From: Cupriavidus necator
Lineage (GTDB): Bacteria > Pseudomonadota > Gammaproteobacteria > Burkholderiales > Burkholderiaceae
NCBI RefSeq assembly: GCF_016127575.1
Contig: NZ_CP066018.1
Coordinates: 810,001 to 842,000 of the forward strand
Direction of reading: 5' to 3'
DNA length: 32,000 nt
The position numbers were made by a program, and so were the translations under genes. Positions within the stretch are counted from its first letter, which is position 1; the number at the start of each line of letters is the position of its first letter. Shown piece after piece: positions 7,948-17,062 of the stretch. Under the pieces are notes generated by a model. It did not search any database and had not been told where the DNA came from. It was given only the letters and a program-made list of their open reading frames with translations.

Positions 7948-9441
7948 TCAGGCGGCGTCCTTGACCGACGGCAGGCGCGCCACAAGCCGCAGCGGAACGG
8001 TCAGGCCCTCGAGCTGGAAGTGCGGACGCAGGAAGAACTTGGCGCTGTAGTAGCCGGGGTTGCCTTCCAGTTCCTCGACGACCACCTCGGCTGCAGCCAG
8101 CGGTCGGCGTGCCTTGGTCTCCTGCGACGAGTTGGCCGGGTCGGCATCAACGTAATTCATGATCCATTCGTTGAGCCAGCGCTGCATGTCCTCGCGTTCC
8201 TTGAAGGCGCCGATCTTGTCGCGCACGATGCACTTCAGGTAATGGGCAAAGCGCGAGCAGGCGAACAGGTACGGCAGGCGTGCCGACAGGTTGGCATTGG
8301 CGGTCGCATCAGCGTCGTAGTACTCGGCTGGCTTCTGCATCGACTGGGCACCGATAAAAGCTGCGTAGTCGGTGTTCTTGCGGTGCACCAGCGAGATAAA
8401 GCCGTTCTTCGACAGTTCGGCTTCACGGCGGTCCGAGATGGCGATTTCGGTCGGGCACTTTATGTCAATGCCGCCATCGTCGGTCGGGAAGGTGTGGCAC
8501 GGCAGGTTCTCGACCACGCCGCCGCTTTCGACGCCGCGGATCAGCGTGCACCAGCCATAGAGCTTGAACGAACGGTTGATGTTGACCGCCATGGCGTAGG
8601 CAGCATTGCTCCACACGTACTTGCGGTGATCCGCACCGTCGGTGTCTTCCTCGAAGTCAAATTCATCGACCGGATTGGTCTTGATGCCGTAGGGAAGGCG
8701 CGACAGGAAACGCGGCATGGCGAGGCCGACATAGCGGGCATCTTCCGAGTTGCGCAGGCTGTTCCACGGCGCGTATTCCAGGTTCTGGAATATCTTGGAC
8801 AGATCGCGCGGATTGGCGAGTTCCTGCCACGAATCCATCTGCAGCACCGACGGCGAGGCGCCTGCAATGAACGGGGCGTGAGCCGCTGCCGAGATCTTGG
8901 CAAGCGAGCCAAGGAGTTCGACGTCGGGCGGTGTGTGATCGAAGTAGTAGTCGGCTACCAGGCAGCCGTAGGGTTCACCACCAAGCTGGCCGTACTCTTC
9001 TTCATAGATGCGCTTGAAGAACGGGCTTTGGTCCCAGCCGATGCCCTTGTAGCGGCGCAGGGTCCGGCGCAGCTCTTCCTTGGACACATCCATCACGCGG
9101 ATGCGCAGCTTGTCGTCGGTTTCGGTGTTTGAGACCAGGTGGTGCAGGCCGCGCCAGGCGGACTCCAGCTTCTGGAAGTCCTCATGGTGCAGGATCAGGT
9201 TGATCTGCTCGGAGAGCTTCTTGTCGATGGCGCCGATGATGGCTTCGATGCTCTTGTAGGCATCATCGCTCATGGTGAACGAGCTGGCGAGCGCCTGCTC
9301 GGCCAGGGTCTTGACGGCGAGGTCGACGGCCTCGCGGGCCTGTTCGGTCTTGGGCGAGAATTCGCGGCTGATCAGCGCGGCGAAGTCGGAATGGTCAGCG
9401 CTCGCGAGCGCTTGGTGTTGTGCTGGTTGGGCGGTGGCCAT
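7948..9441 (-). CDS. tssC: TssC (VipB) contractile sheath large subunit
   Basis: 497 aa with a typical TssC sequence (HHEDFQKLESAWRGLHHLV, PFIAGASP, LPYLFACSRFAHYLK). Confidence 0.95.
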   Translation of the reverse strand: MATAQPAQHQALASADHSDFAALISREFSPKTEQAREAVDLAVKTLAEQALASSFTMSDDAYKSIEAIIGAIDKKLSEQINLILHHEDFQKLESAWRGLHHLVSNTETDDKLRIRVMDVSKEELRRTLRRYKGIGWDQSPFFKRIYEEEYGQLGGEPYGCLVADYYFDHTPPDVELLGSLAKISAAAHAPFIAGASPSVLQMDSWQELANPRDLSKIFQNLEYAPWNSLRNSEDARYVGLAMPRFLSRLPYGIKTNPVDEFDFEEDTDGADHRKYVWSNAAYAMAVNINRSFKLYGWCTLIRGVESGGVVENLPCHTFPTDDGGIDIKCPTEIAISDRREAELSKNGFISLVHRKNTDYAAFIGAQSMQKPAEYYDADATANANLSARLPYLFACSRFAHYLKCIVRDKIGAFKEREDMQRWLNEWIMNYVDADPANSSQETKARRPLAAAEVVVEELEGNPGYYSAKFFLRPHFQLEGLTVPLRLVARLPSVKDAA

Positions 9442-9490
9442 GGAATCCTTGCTTGATGAGGTGGTTCAGGAAGGCAAGTAGCCGATCCAT

Positions 9491-10024
9491 TCAGGACTGC
9501 GGCGACTGAGGTTCGTCGTCGCCGGCCCTGGGCTTGGGCGCCTTGGCAAGCGACTGCAGCAGCGCGGGATCCTGCAGCAACTGGTTGATCAGCGATTCGG
9601 CGCCCGACTTGCCATCCATGTAGGTCTGCAGGTTGGCGAGCTGGGTGCGGGCTTCGAGCAATTGCCTGAGCGCATCAACCTTGCCGGCTACCGCCGCGGG
9701 CGAGAAATCCTCGATGCTCTCGAATGTCATGTCGACCATGAGCTGGCCGTCGCCGGACAGCGTGTTGGGCACCGCAAACGCCACGCGCGGCTTCATGGCC
9801 TTCATGCGCTCGTCGAAGTTGTCGATATCGATCTCAAGAAACTTGCGATCGGCAACCGCCGGCAGCGGCTCGGCCGGCCTGCCCGACAGGTCGGCCAGCA
9901 CGCCCATCACGAAGGGCAGCTCGATACGCTTCTCCGAGCCATAGACTTCGACGTCGTACTCGATCTGTACGCGCGGCGCGCGGTTGCGCGCGATGAATTT
10001 CTGCGAACTGTTCACAACAGACAT
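9491..10024 (-). CDS. tssB: TssB (VipA) contractile sheath small subunit
   Basis: 177 aa; SQKFIARNRAPRVQIEYDVEVYGSEKRIELPFVMGVLADLSG is the conserved TssB N-terminus. GGGGAGA Shine-Dalgarno lies upstream of the ATG at 10024. Confidence 0.95.
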   Translation of the reverse strand: MSVVNSSQKFIARNRAPRVQIEYDVEVYGSEKRIELPFVMGVLADLSGRPAEPLPAVADRKFLEIDIDNFDERMKAMKPRVAFAVPNTLSGDGQLMVDMTFESIEDFSPAAVAGKVDALRQLLEARTQLANLQTYMDGKSGAESLINQLLQDPALLQSLAKAPKPRAGDDEPQSPQS

Positions 10025-10063
10025 GGATCTCCCCTGCGGGTTACATGGACATGCCGGTCGGCG

Positions 10064-12778
10064 TCAAGCCGAGCCGGCCTCGGGACACTCCGGCACAACG
10101 GCATCGTGGCCAACGCGGTATTCGGTGTGGTAGGCGAGCCCGGCAGGCGCGCTGTCGGCGACGCGGATCGCGATCACGGCGAGCTCGCGCTTCTCGGACA
10201 GGGCCAACAGCCACAGGCGCGCCAGTTGCGGCTGGATGACCTGCTCAATGAAGCCGATCAGCTGCCGGGCGCCGGTCTCGCCGACCGGACAGCGCGCCAC
10301 GATGAACTCGACCACCGGGTCGTCGTAAGTCAGCACAATGCCGTGCTGATGCTGCATGCGCACCGCCACGCGATCGAGATGCAGGCGCACGATGCGGCCC
10401 AGGTTTTCAGCCGCCAGCGGCAGATATGGCACGACTACCAGCCGCCCGAGGAACGCCGCCGGGAACACCTTGCGCAGCTCGGGCATCAGCGCGTCGCGCA
10501 GTGCAGCGGGCTCCGGCATCAGCGCCGGGTCTTCACAGAGATTCGCCAGCAGATCGGAGCCGGCATTGCTGGTGAGCAGCAGGATGGTGTTCCTGAAGTC
10601 GATATGGCGCCCCTCGCCATCCTCCATGTAGCCCTTGTCGAAGACCTGGTAGAAGACTTCGTGGATATCGGCATGGGCCTTCTCGACCTCGTCGAGCAAC
10701 ACCACGCTGTAGGGCCGGCGGCGCACCGCTTCGGTCAGTACGCCCCCTTCGCCGTAGCCGACATAACCCGGCGGCGCGCCCTTGAGCGTCGAGACGGTAT
10801 GCGGCTCCTGGAATTCCGAGAGGTTGATGGTGATGAGGTTTTGCTCACCGCCGTACAGGGCGTCGGCCAACGCCAGCGCAGTCTCGGTCTTGCCAACGCC
10901 CGACGGGCCTGCCAGCAGGAAGACTCCGACCGGCTTGTTGGGGTCAGTCAGTTGTGCACGGGCGGTCGTGACGCGCTCCCCGAGCTGGGTTAGCGCATGG
11001 CCTTGCCCGATCACGCGTTCGCCAAGTGTCTGCGGCAGCTGCATCACGGTTGCCACCTCGTCCGCGACCATGCGCCCAACCGGGATACCGGTCCAGTCGG
11101 CGACGATTGCGGCGACCACGCGTTCATCCACTTCCGTGTACACAAGCGGCGCATCCGCTTGCGCGGCATGAAGATGGCCCTCGAGCTCATCCAGGGTTCG
11201 TCGCGCCGGCGCGGCCACAGTCGATTCATCCGACGCGGACTGCACCAGTGCGTATCGGCGGGCGACCAGGTCGGTCGCCAGACCGCGCACCCGGTCCCAG
11301 CGCGCCGAGGCCAAAGCCAGGTCGGCTTCGAACTGCTCGCGCCGAGCCCGTGCGAGCGCAATCCGCGCAGCGTCCGGCCGGCCAAAGCCGGCTTCCCGGG
11401 CCAATAGTGCGCACTCGGCGTCGGCCGCGGCGAGTTCGTGGCGCAGATGTTCGACTTCTGCCGGGGGCGCATGCAATGACAGGGCTACGCGCGCACAAGC
11501 GGTGTCGAGCAGGCTGATCGCCTTGTCGGGCAACTGCCGCGACGGGATAAAGCGATGCGATAGCCTGACGGCGGCGCGCACCCCCTCGTCGCGGATCAGT
11601 ACCTGGTGATGCGCCTCGAACGTCCGGACCAGACCCCGCACCATGGCAACCGCCCTGGCTTCGTCCGGTTCCATGACCTGCAGGACCTGGAAGCGGCGGG
11701 TGAGCGCCGGGTCCTTCTCGATGTGGCGCTTGTATTCGCTCCAGGTGGTGGCGCCGATCGTGCGCAGTGTCCCACGCGCCAGCGCCGGCTTGAGCAGGTT
11801 CGCGGCATCGCCGGTGCCGGCCTGGCCACCGGCGCCAACCAGTGTGTGGACCTCATCGACGAACAGGATCACGGGCGTCGGGGATTTGGCAGCTTCCTCA
11901 AGCACGCCCTTCAACCGCGCTTCGAACTCGCCTTTCATGCTGGCGCCCGCTAGCAGCGCACCCACGTCGAGGCTCAGCAGCCTGATGTCCTTCAGGCTGG
12001 GCGGCACCTCACCCGCGGCAATGGCCTGTGCCAGCCCCTCGATGACGGCGGTCTTGCCGACACCCGCCTCTCCGGTCAGGAGCGGATTGTTCTGACGGCG
12101 GCGCAGCAGGATGTCCGTCATGGTGCGGATCTCATGCTCGCGACCGATCACCGGATCCAGCCGGCCCGCGCGTGCCTCCTCGGTCAGGTCGCGGCAGTAC
12201 CTGCCCAGGGCGGGCTTGCCGGCACTGGCAGGTGCCGTCGCGCCACTGGCTTCACCCGGTGTGGCCGGCGCCAGGCCACTGCCGTCATAAGCCGCTTCAC
12301 GGCTCTCAGGCGATTGCGCGATGAGCGCCGGTGCCATTTCCACCAGGTCATCGGGCCGCACCTTCGCGAACTGGCTTGAGATGCCCAGCACCGTACGGCG
12401 CAACTCCGGCGTCTTGAGCAGCGCAGCGAGCAGATAAGCGCCGCGCACGTGGTCATCGGAAAAAGCAAGCGTCGCATAGACCCACGCTCGCTCGATCGCC
12501 GACTCAAGCTGGAACGAAAAGTCACTGATCGAGGTGGCGCCGGCAGGCAACGCGGCCAGCGCGCGGGTCAGGTCGGCTTCAAGCACGGACAGGTCGGCGC
12601 CGGCATGGCGCAGCATCCGCTGCAGGTCGCCATCCGGGGCTTGCAGCAGTTGGTGGAGCCAATGCACAAGCTCCACGTACGGGTTGCCGCGGAGCTTGCA
12701 AAAGGCCGTCGCGCTTTCGATCGCCTTGAATAGCGTGAGATTGAGTCGGCCAAATAAAGCCTGACGCGAAATATCCAT
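10064..12778 (-). CDS. clpV: ClpV (TssH) AAA+ sheath-recycling ATPase
   Basis: 904 aa with a Clp N-domain and two AAA+ modules, carrying Walker A motifs GEAGVGKT and GPSGVGKT. Confidence 0.95.
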   Translation of the reverse strand: MDISRQALFGRLNLTLFKAIESATAFCKLRGNPYVELVHWLHQLLQAPDGDLQRMLRHAGADLSVLEADLTRALAALPAGATSISDFSFQLESAIERAWVYATLAFSDDHVRGAYLLAALLKTPELRRTVLGISSQFAKVRPDDLVEMAPALIAQSPESREAAYDGSGLAPATPGEASGATAPASAGKPALGRYCRDLTEEARAGRLDPVIGREHEIRTMTDILLRRRQNNPLLTGEAGVGKTAVIEGLAQAIAAGEVPPSLKDIRLLSLDVGALLAGASMKGEFEARLKGVLEEAAKSPTPVILFVDEVHTLVGAGGQAGTGDAANLLKPALARGTLRTIGATTWSEYKRHIEKDPALTRRFQVLQVMEPDEARAVAMVRGLVRTFEAHHQVLIRDEGVRAAVRLSHRFIPSRQLPDKAISLLDTACARVALSLHAPPAEVEHLRHELAAADAECALLAREAGFGRPDAARIALARARREQFEADLALASARWDRVRGLATDLVARRYALVQSASDESTVAAPARRTLDELEGHLHAAQADAPLVYTEVDERVVAAIVADWTGIPVGRMVADEVATVMQLPQTLGERVIGQGHALTQLGERVTTARAQLTDPNKPVGVFLLAGPSGVGKTETALALADALYGGEQNLITINLSEFQEPHTVSTLKGAPPGYVGYGEGGVLTEAVRRRPYSVVLLDEVEKAHADIHEVFYQVFDKGYMEDGEGRHIDFRNTILLLTSNAGSDLLANLCEDPALMPEPAALRDALMPELRKVFPAAFLGRLVVVPYLPLAAENLGRIVRLHLDRVAVRMQHQHGIVLTYDDPVVEFIVARCPVGETGARQLIGFIEQVIQPQLARLWLLALSEKRELAVIAIRVADSAPAGLAYHTEYRVGHDAVVPECPEAGSA

Positions 12779-13232
12779 TCGATGCCTTTGCCGTTCGCCC
12801 CTTGGATAAGAGGACTACCATTGCACGGAGATTTTGTTATTTGGCTTTTTTAGGATATGACCAAAACAATACGCTAGCAAATGTCTCGTCCGCGACCAGG
12901 CCTCTGGCGCATCGGCACCAAAAATCTATATAACTCATTGATTTTATGTACTTTATTCACTCCATCGCGCGGTTATCACGTTTTCTTCTGGCCGACAATG
13001 ACCCAACACCATGTCCCCATGGAATATTACAAATTTTGACAATCCATCCGAGATATACATAATTTTTATCCAATGTCCATAGGATCACCCTTAAATCTCT
13101 ATGATCACTTTTTAATTCTGATTTTCCGGATATTAAATAGGAAAATTCCATTCCATTTAGAATTTCGTTACACCAGGATTTGCGATTATCATCAGACGCT
13201 TTCGAAAACCAATAACCTCAGGTGGCCGGGCT
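12779..13232. promoter_or_regulatory. AT-rich divergent control region between the two T6SS operons
   Basis: 454-bp non-coding spacer between the clpV start (12778, minus) and the first plus-strand gene (13233). My hand count of 12841-13200 gives 138/360 = 38% GC. A flanking coding stretch I counted was about 70%. Confidence 0.6.
12957..13151 (-). CDS. Questionable 64-aa ORF inside the AT-rich spacer
   Basis: MEFSYLISGKSELKSDHRDLRVILWTLDKNYVYLGWIVKICNIPWGHGVGSLSARRKRDNRAME. An open frame of this length is uncommon in roughly 35% GC DNA. However, there is no convincing Shine-Dalgarno (AAATGGA directly abuts the ATG) and I recognise no family. Confidence 0.2.
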   Translation of the reverse strand: MEFSYLISGKSELKSDHRDLRVILWTLDKNYVYLGWIVKICNIPWGHGVGSLSARRKRDNRAME

Positions 13233-13835
13233 ATGAGCGACTGGCAGAACCGCACTGCGGAAATCCACGCCGTCAACGCCAGACTCGATGGCGACAGCAA
13301 TGCGCCCTGGCCTTGGGATGCGCTCGGCGGGACGCAGCCAGACGGTGCCGATCCGTTCTCGCTGGTGAAGCCAGCCGGTGGTGCGGGGACAACGGCGGCG
13401 GCTGGCCCTGAGCCGGCCGACGTGCTCGATCAGCTCAAACGCGAGGCCGAGGCGGCGCTAAGGGACCCGAACTACGTCAGTGCACATGCCAGCTCCAACG
13501 CAGCGTCGACAGCTCCGATCCCGGCGGAGGGCGAACCGAAGCCGCTGCAAACGCTCGCGCGCGAAGCGAACCATGCCGATAGCTTGATGGACATGCTGGA
13601 CACGGCAGGCCATATTGATTCGCTGATCGGCTCCCGGGAATCCCTGGAAGAGCACGAACTCTTTTCAACCCCGGCTGCGCCGGACGTGCTGTGGCTGTTC
13701 GCTGGCGACATTGCGCCCACGCGGCGCCGCGATGTCACGGCCCTGCTTACCCGTCGCGAACACCATCTGGTGTCGATGGACAGCGCCTACCGTCCCGCGC
13801 CGGCGCTGCCGCCTGATCCTGGCCATGACGCTTGA
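13233..13835 (+). CDS. T6SS-associated protein of unknown function (possibly TagK-like)
   Basis: 200 aa. AGGTGG lies 8 nt upstream of the ATG. The middle is Ala/Pro-rich and low-complexity. The C-terminal motif is PDVLWLFAGD...LLTRREHHLVSMDSAYRP. Its stop overlaps the tagJ start by 11 nt, and it is the first gene of the plus-strand T6SS operon. Confidence 0.6.
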   Translation: MSDWQNRTAEIHAVNARLDGDSNAPWPWDALGGTQPDGADPFSLVKPAGGAGTTAAAGPEPADVLDQLKREAEAALRDPNYVSAHASSNAASTAPIPAEGEPKPLQTLAREANHADSLMDMLDTAGHIDSLIGSRESLEEHELFSTPAAPDVLWLFAGDIAPTRRRDVTALLTRREHHLVSMDSAYRPAPALPPDPGHDA

Positions 13836-14661
13836 AGCGCACACCCCTCGTCAGGCACCCGGCACGGGGCTGTCATCAATCCTTCGCCGAAGCGGCTCGG
13901 TCAAAGGCGCGCTGGCCCAGACGGAGGCGCAGGTCCGCGAGGAACCTGGCTCTTTCGCTTTCCGTTGGCAGCTATTCCAGTGGCTCTGCGTGGTCGGTGA
14001 CTGGTCCAGGGCCCTCAAGCAATTGCAGGTCGCCACGCAGCTTGCGCCCGGCTTCGCGCAAACCGCGCATGTGTACCGCGACCTGATCCGTGCGGAGGTG
14101 TTTCGTGGCGAGGTATTCGCCGGCCAGCGCACCCCCGGCTCGCTGCTGCCGGCCCCGGCGTGGGTGGCAAAGCTCCACACGGCTCTGGCGGAAAACAAGG
14201 CCGGCGAATGCTCAGCCGCGGACGCCAGCCGGCACCTGGCCCTGTCGCAGGTGCCAGCCTCAGCCGGCGCGCACGACGGCGTGCGCTTTGCCTGGATTAC
14301 CGACACAGACACACGGCTGGGACCGACCTGCGAGATCGTGACCGCGGGGCGCTACGCCTGGCTGCCCTTTGCGCAGATGCGCAAGATCGAGTTGGGCAAG
14401 GCGTCCGGGTTGCTGGATCTGTTATGGCGCCCGGCCACGGTGACACTCGCCGACGGCGTGGTCAGCCGTGGCTTCCTGCCGGTGCGCTACCCAGGCTCCG
14501 AACAAGGCAGCGACGGGATTCGGCTGGCTCGCGAAACCAGCTGGAGTGAAGCGGGTGAGACAGGTGTCATCGGTTTCGGCCAGAAGACCTGGATGACAGA
14601 CACGGGAGATGTCGCCATGCTGGATGTGACAACGCTCACCCTGGACGCGGAGCATGGCTGA
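13825..14661 (+). CDS. tagJ: TagJ (ImpE/SciE-family) T6SS accessory protein
   Basis: FRWQLFQWLCVVGDWSRALKQLQVATQL...VYRDLIRAEVFRGEVFAGQRTP and GRYAWLPFAQMRKIEL match my recollection of the ImpE family. I place the start at the ATG at 13825 (MTLEAH...); the longer ORF-track start would overlap the previous gene by 125 nt. Confidence 0.8.
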   Translation: MTLEAHTPRQAPGTGLSSILRRSGSVKGALAQTEAQVREEPGSFAFRWQLFQWLCVVGDWSRALKQLQVATQLAPGFAQTAHVYRDLIRAEVFRGEVFAGQRTPGSLLPAPAWVAKLHTALAENKAGECSAADASRHLALSQVPASAGAHDGVRFAWITDTDTRLGPTCEIVTAGRYAWLPFAQMRKIELGKASGLLDLLWRPATVTLADGVVSRGFLPVRYPGSEQGSDGIRLARETSWSEAGETGVIGFGQKTWMTDTGDVAMLDVTTLTLDAEHG

Positions 14662-15175
14662 ACACCGCCCGCCGCGCCGCCCGAATTCGCAACTGCTGCC
14701 GACGTTGCTGGACCGGCTGCGCGACGACGCGCCCCAGCGCCAGACGGAAAGCGCGGACGAATACACCGTCACGCGTGCCCAGATGCGCGAGATCATCCAA
14801 CGCGACCTCACCTATCTGCTCAACACCACCAATCGCGAGGATGAAATCGATCGCAAGCGCTATCCCGCTGCTGCCGCATCGACCATCAACTACGGCGTGT
14901 CCCCGGTCGCCGGCAGTTATCTGGCCGAACACAAGTGGAGCGATATCGTCACCATCGTCAGGCGTGCGATCCTGGACTTCGAACCCCGGCTCATCCCCGG
15001 CTCGCTGGAAGTGAAGCCGCTACTGAAAGAAGATGCGCCACAACGCTATAACACCCTGGTGTTCGAGATCAAAGGCCTGATCCATATGAACCCGTATCCG
15101 ATGGCGTTCACTGCCCAAAGCTCGCTCGACCTGGAAACCAGCCGGATGAGTGTCCAATCGATCCACGCCAGCTGA
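14654..15175 (+). CDS. tssE: TssE baseplate protein (gp25-like)
   Basis: 173 aa. LLPTLLDRLRDD, IQRDLTYLLNT, INYGV and ILDFEPRL are typical GPW/gp25-family TssE motifs. The start overlaps the tagJ stop by 8 nt. Confidence 0.9.
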   Translation: MAEHRPPRRPNSQLLPTLLDRLRDDAPQRQTESADEYTVTRAQMREIIQRDLTYLLNTTNREDEIDRKRYPAAAASTINYGVSPVAGSYLAEHKWSDIVTIVRRAILDFEPRLIPGSLEVKPLLKEDAPQRYNTLVFEIKGLIHMNPYPMAFTAQSSLDLETSRMSVQSIHAS

Positions 15176-15179
15176 CACC

Positions 15180-17060
15180 ATGGATCCGCAACTGCTCGAT
15201 TACTACAATCGCGAGCTCGTCTATATGCGCGAGCTGGCCGGGGAATTCGCCAAACAGCACCCGAAGGTCGCGAAACGGCTGGGCATGCAGGGCATCGAGG
15301 TGGCCGACCCCTACGTCGAGCGCCTGATCGAGGCGTTCTGCTTCCTGTCAGCGCGTACCGAGATCAAGCTGGACGCAGAGTTCCCACGCTTCACCCAGCG
15401 GCTGCTGGAGGTGATCTACCCCAACTATGTGGCGCCGACGCCATCGATTGCGGTCGCGCAGTTCCGACCCAGCCAGAACGAGGGCGATTTTGCGCATGGC
15501 GTGGAGGTTCCGCGCGGCACGGAGGTCAACGCGGCGGCGGCGCCTGGAGAGAAGACGGCCTGCCAGTTCAGGACCACGCAGCCGTTGACACTGTGGCCGG
15601 TTGAGATCACCGAAGCGCGGCTCACTGGCATTCCGCCCGATGTCAGGGGGCCGGAGCGCTATGTGCCCGCCCATGTGACAGTACAGGGTGCACTGCGGTT
15701 GCGCCTGCGCTGTACGCGAGGCGCGACCTTCGACCAGCTGCCCGGCCTGGACCACCTGCCGGTCTATCTGCGCGGCGATGACCTGATCGCCTCACAACTG
15801 TTCGAACTGTTGCACAGCGCCGGTGTGGCGACGCTGATCGGACACCCCGGGGCCATGAGCGAGCGCCCCTGCGCAGTGGCGCAGGATGCTGTCAGTTACG
15901 TGGGAATGGGACCGGGCGAAGGCGCGCTGCCTTTGCAGTGGAACAGCTTCCACGGGCACAACCTGTTGCATGAGTACTTCGCTTGCCCACAGCGCTTCTA
16001 TTTCTTCGGCCTCAACAAGCTCGCTCAGGGCCTGAGCCGGATCCGCGGCAAGGAAGCCGAGATCGTCGTGCTGCTGTCAAAGCCGCCCCGGGATCTGACC
16101 AGCAAGGTCGACCGCGAACAGTTCGCGCTGTTTTGCACACCGGTGGTCAATCTGTTTCCAAAGCGCACCGATCGCATCGAGGTCACGCCGGGCCGCGCCG
16201 AGTTTCACCTGGTCGCCGACCGGCAGCATCCGCTTGACTACGAAATCCACACCGTCAGGCAGCTCTGCGCACAAAGGTCCGAGCACAGCGCAGGCATCGA
16301 CTTCCAGCCGCTCTTTACCACCCTGAATAGTGATGAAGGCAACCACGGCCGCTACTTTTCCCTGCGGCGCGAGCGTCGGCTGATCTCTGAGCAGGCTCGC
16401 AAGTACGGCACACGCACGGCATACGTCGGCACCGAGCTGTTCGTGTCGCTGGTGGACCAGAACGAAGCTCCCTACCCGGACGCCTTGCGCTACCTGTCAG
16501 TGGAATCGCTGGTTACAAATCGCGATCTGCCCAATCTTGTACCGCGCAATGGCCGGCACGACCTGACCCCGGCAGCTTCCATCCCCGTGGACGGGATCGG
16601 CCTGATCCGCGCGCCGTCGGCACCACGGCCGCCCTATGCGGACGGAGAAATGGCCTGGCGCCTGATACGGCTGCTGGGCTTCAACTACTTGTCGCTGACC
16701 GACCTGGAGCATCGCTCAGGCGGCCAGGGCCTGCGTGACATGCTGCGGCTTTTCGTGGCGAACGACGACCTCGCGCACCAGGGGCAAATCCAGAGCCTGA
16801 TCGGCGCGAACGTGAAGCCAGTCATGCGCCGGCTGCCAGGCAACGGGCCCTTGATCTACGGCCGCGGCATCCAGTGCCAGCTCACGGTGGACGAAGGCGG
16901 CTTCTCCGGCATCAGCCCATATCTGTTCGGCGTGGTGCTGGAGCATTTCCTGGCGCGCCACGTCTCGGTCAATGTCTTCACGCAAACCGAACTGCACTCC
17001 ATGCAACGCGGCCTGGTGCATCGTTGGCCCGTGCGCATGGGCGGCCGCAGCGCCGTGTAG
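15180..17060 (+). CDS. tssF: TssF baseplate protein
   Basis: MDPQLLDYYNRELVYMRELAGEFAKQHPKVAKRLG is the canonical TssF N-terminus; 626 aa. It starts 4 nt after the tssE stop. Confidence 0.95.
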   Translation: MDPQLLDYYNRELVYMRELAGEFAKQHPKVAKRLGMQGIEVADPYVERLIEAFCFLSARTEIKLDAEFPRFTQRLLEVIYPNYVAPTPSIAVAQFRPSQNEGDFAHGVEVPRGTEVNAAAAPGEKTACQFRTTQPLTLWPVEITEARLTGIPPDVRGPERYVPAHVTVQGALRLRLRCTRGATFDQLPGLDHLPVYLRGDDLIASQLFELLHSAGVATLIGHPGAMSERPCAVAQDAVSYVGMGPGEGALPLQWNSFHGHNLLHEYFACPQRFYFFGLNKLAQGLSRIRGKEAEIVVLLSKPPRDLTSKVDREQFALFCTPVVNLFPKRTDRIEVTPGRAEFHLVADRQHPLDYEIHTVRQLCAQRSEHSAGIDFQPLFTTLNSDEGNHGRYFSLRRERRLISEQARKYGTRTAYVGTELFVSLVDQNEAPYPDALRYLSVESLVTNRDLPNLVPRNGRHDLTPAASIPVDGIGLIRAPSAPRPPYADGEMAWRLIRLLGFNYLSLTDLEHRSGGQGLRDMLRLFVANDDLAHQGQIQSLIGANVKPVMRRLPGNGPLIYGRGIQCQLTVDEGGFSGISPYLFGVVLEHFLARHVSVNVFTQTELHSMQRGLVHRWPVRMGGRSAV

Positions 17061-17062
17061 CC

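Noticed and set aside
7813-9132. 439-aa plus-strand ORF, and similar long ORFs at 9662-10993, 4643-5593, 16856-18193, 20134-21150, 21504-23456, 23108-24841, 25423-26235 and 280-849
   Set aside because: All lie antisense to, or out of frame within, genes whose products are clearly recognisable (TssC, ClpV, VgrG, TssF/G, FdsA/B, FdsR, the lipoprotein). Their translations are Arg/Ala/Gly/Pro-rich low-complexity strings, typical of stop-poor alternative frames in high-GC DNA.
12779-13232. Sigma-54 type promoter (TGGCAC-N5-TTGC) in the T6SS divergent spacer and upstream of hcp
   Set aside because: The candidate GG/GC pairs I found (around 12811-12826 and 7840-7860) have the wrong spacing by 1 nt and poor flanking matches, so there is no support.
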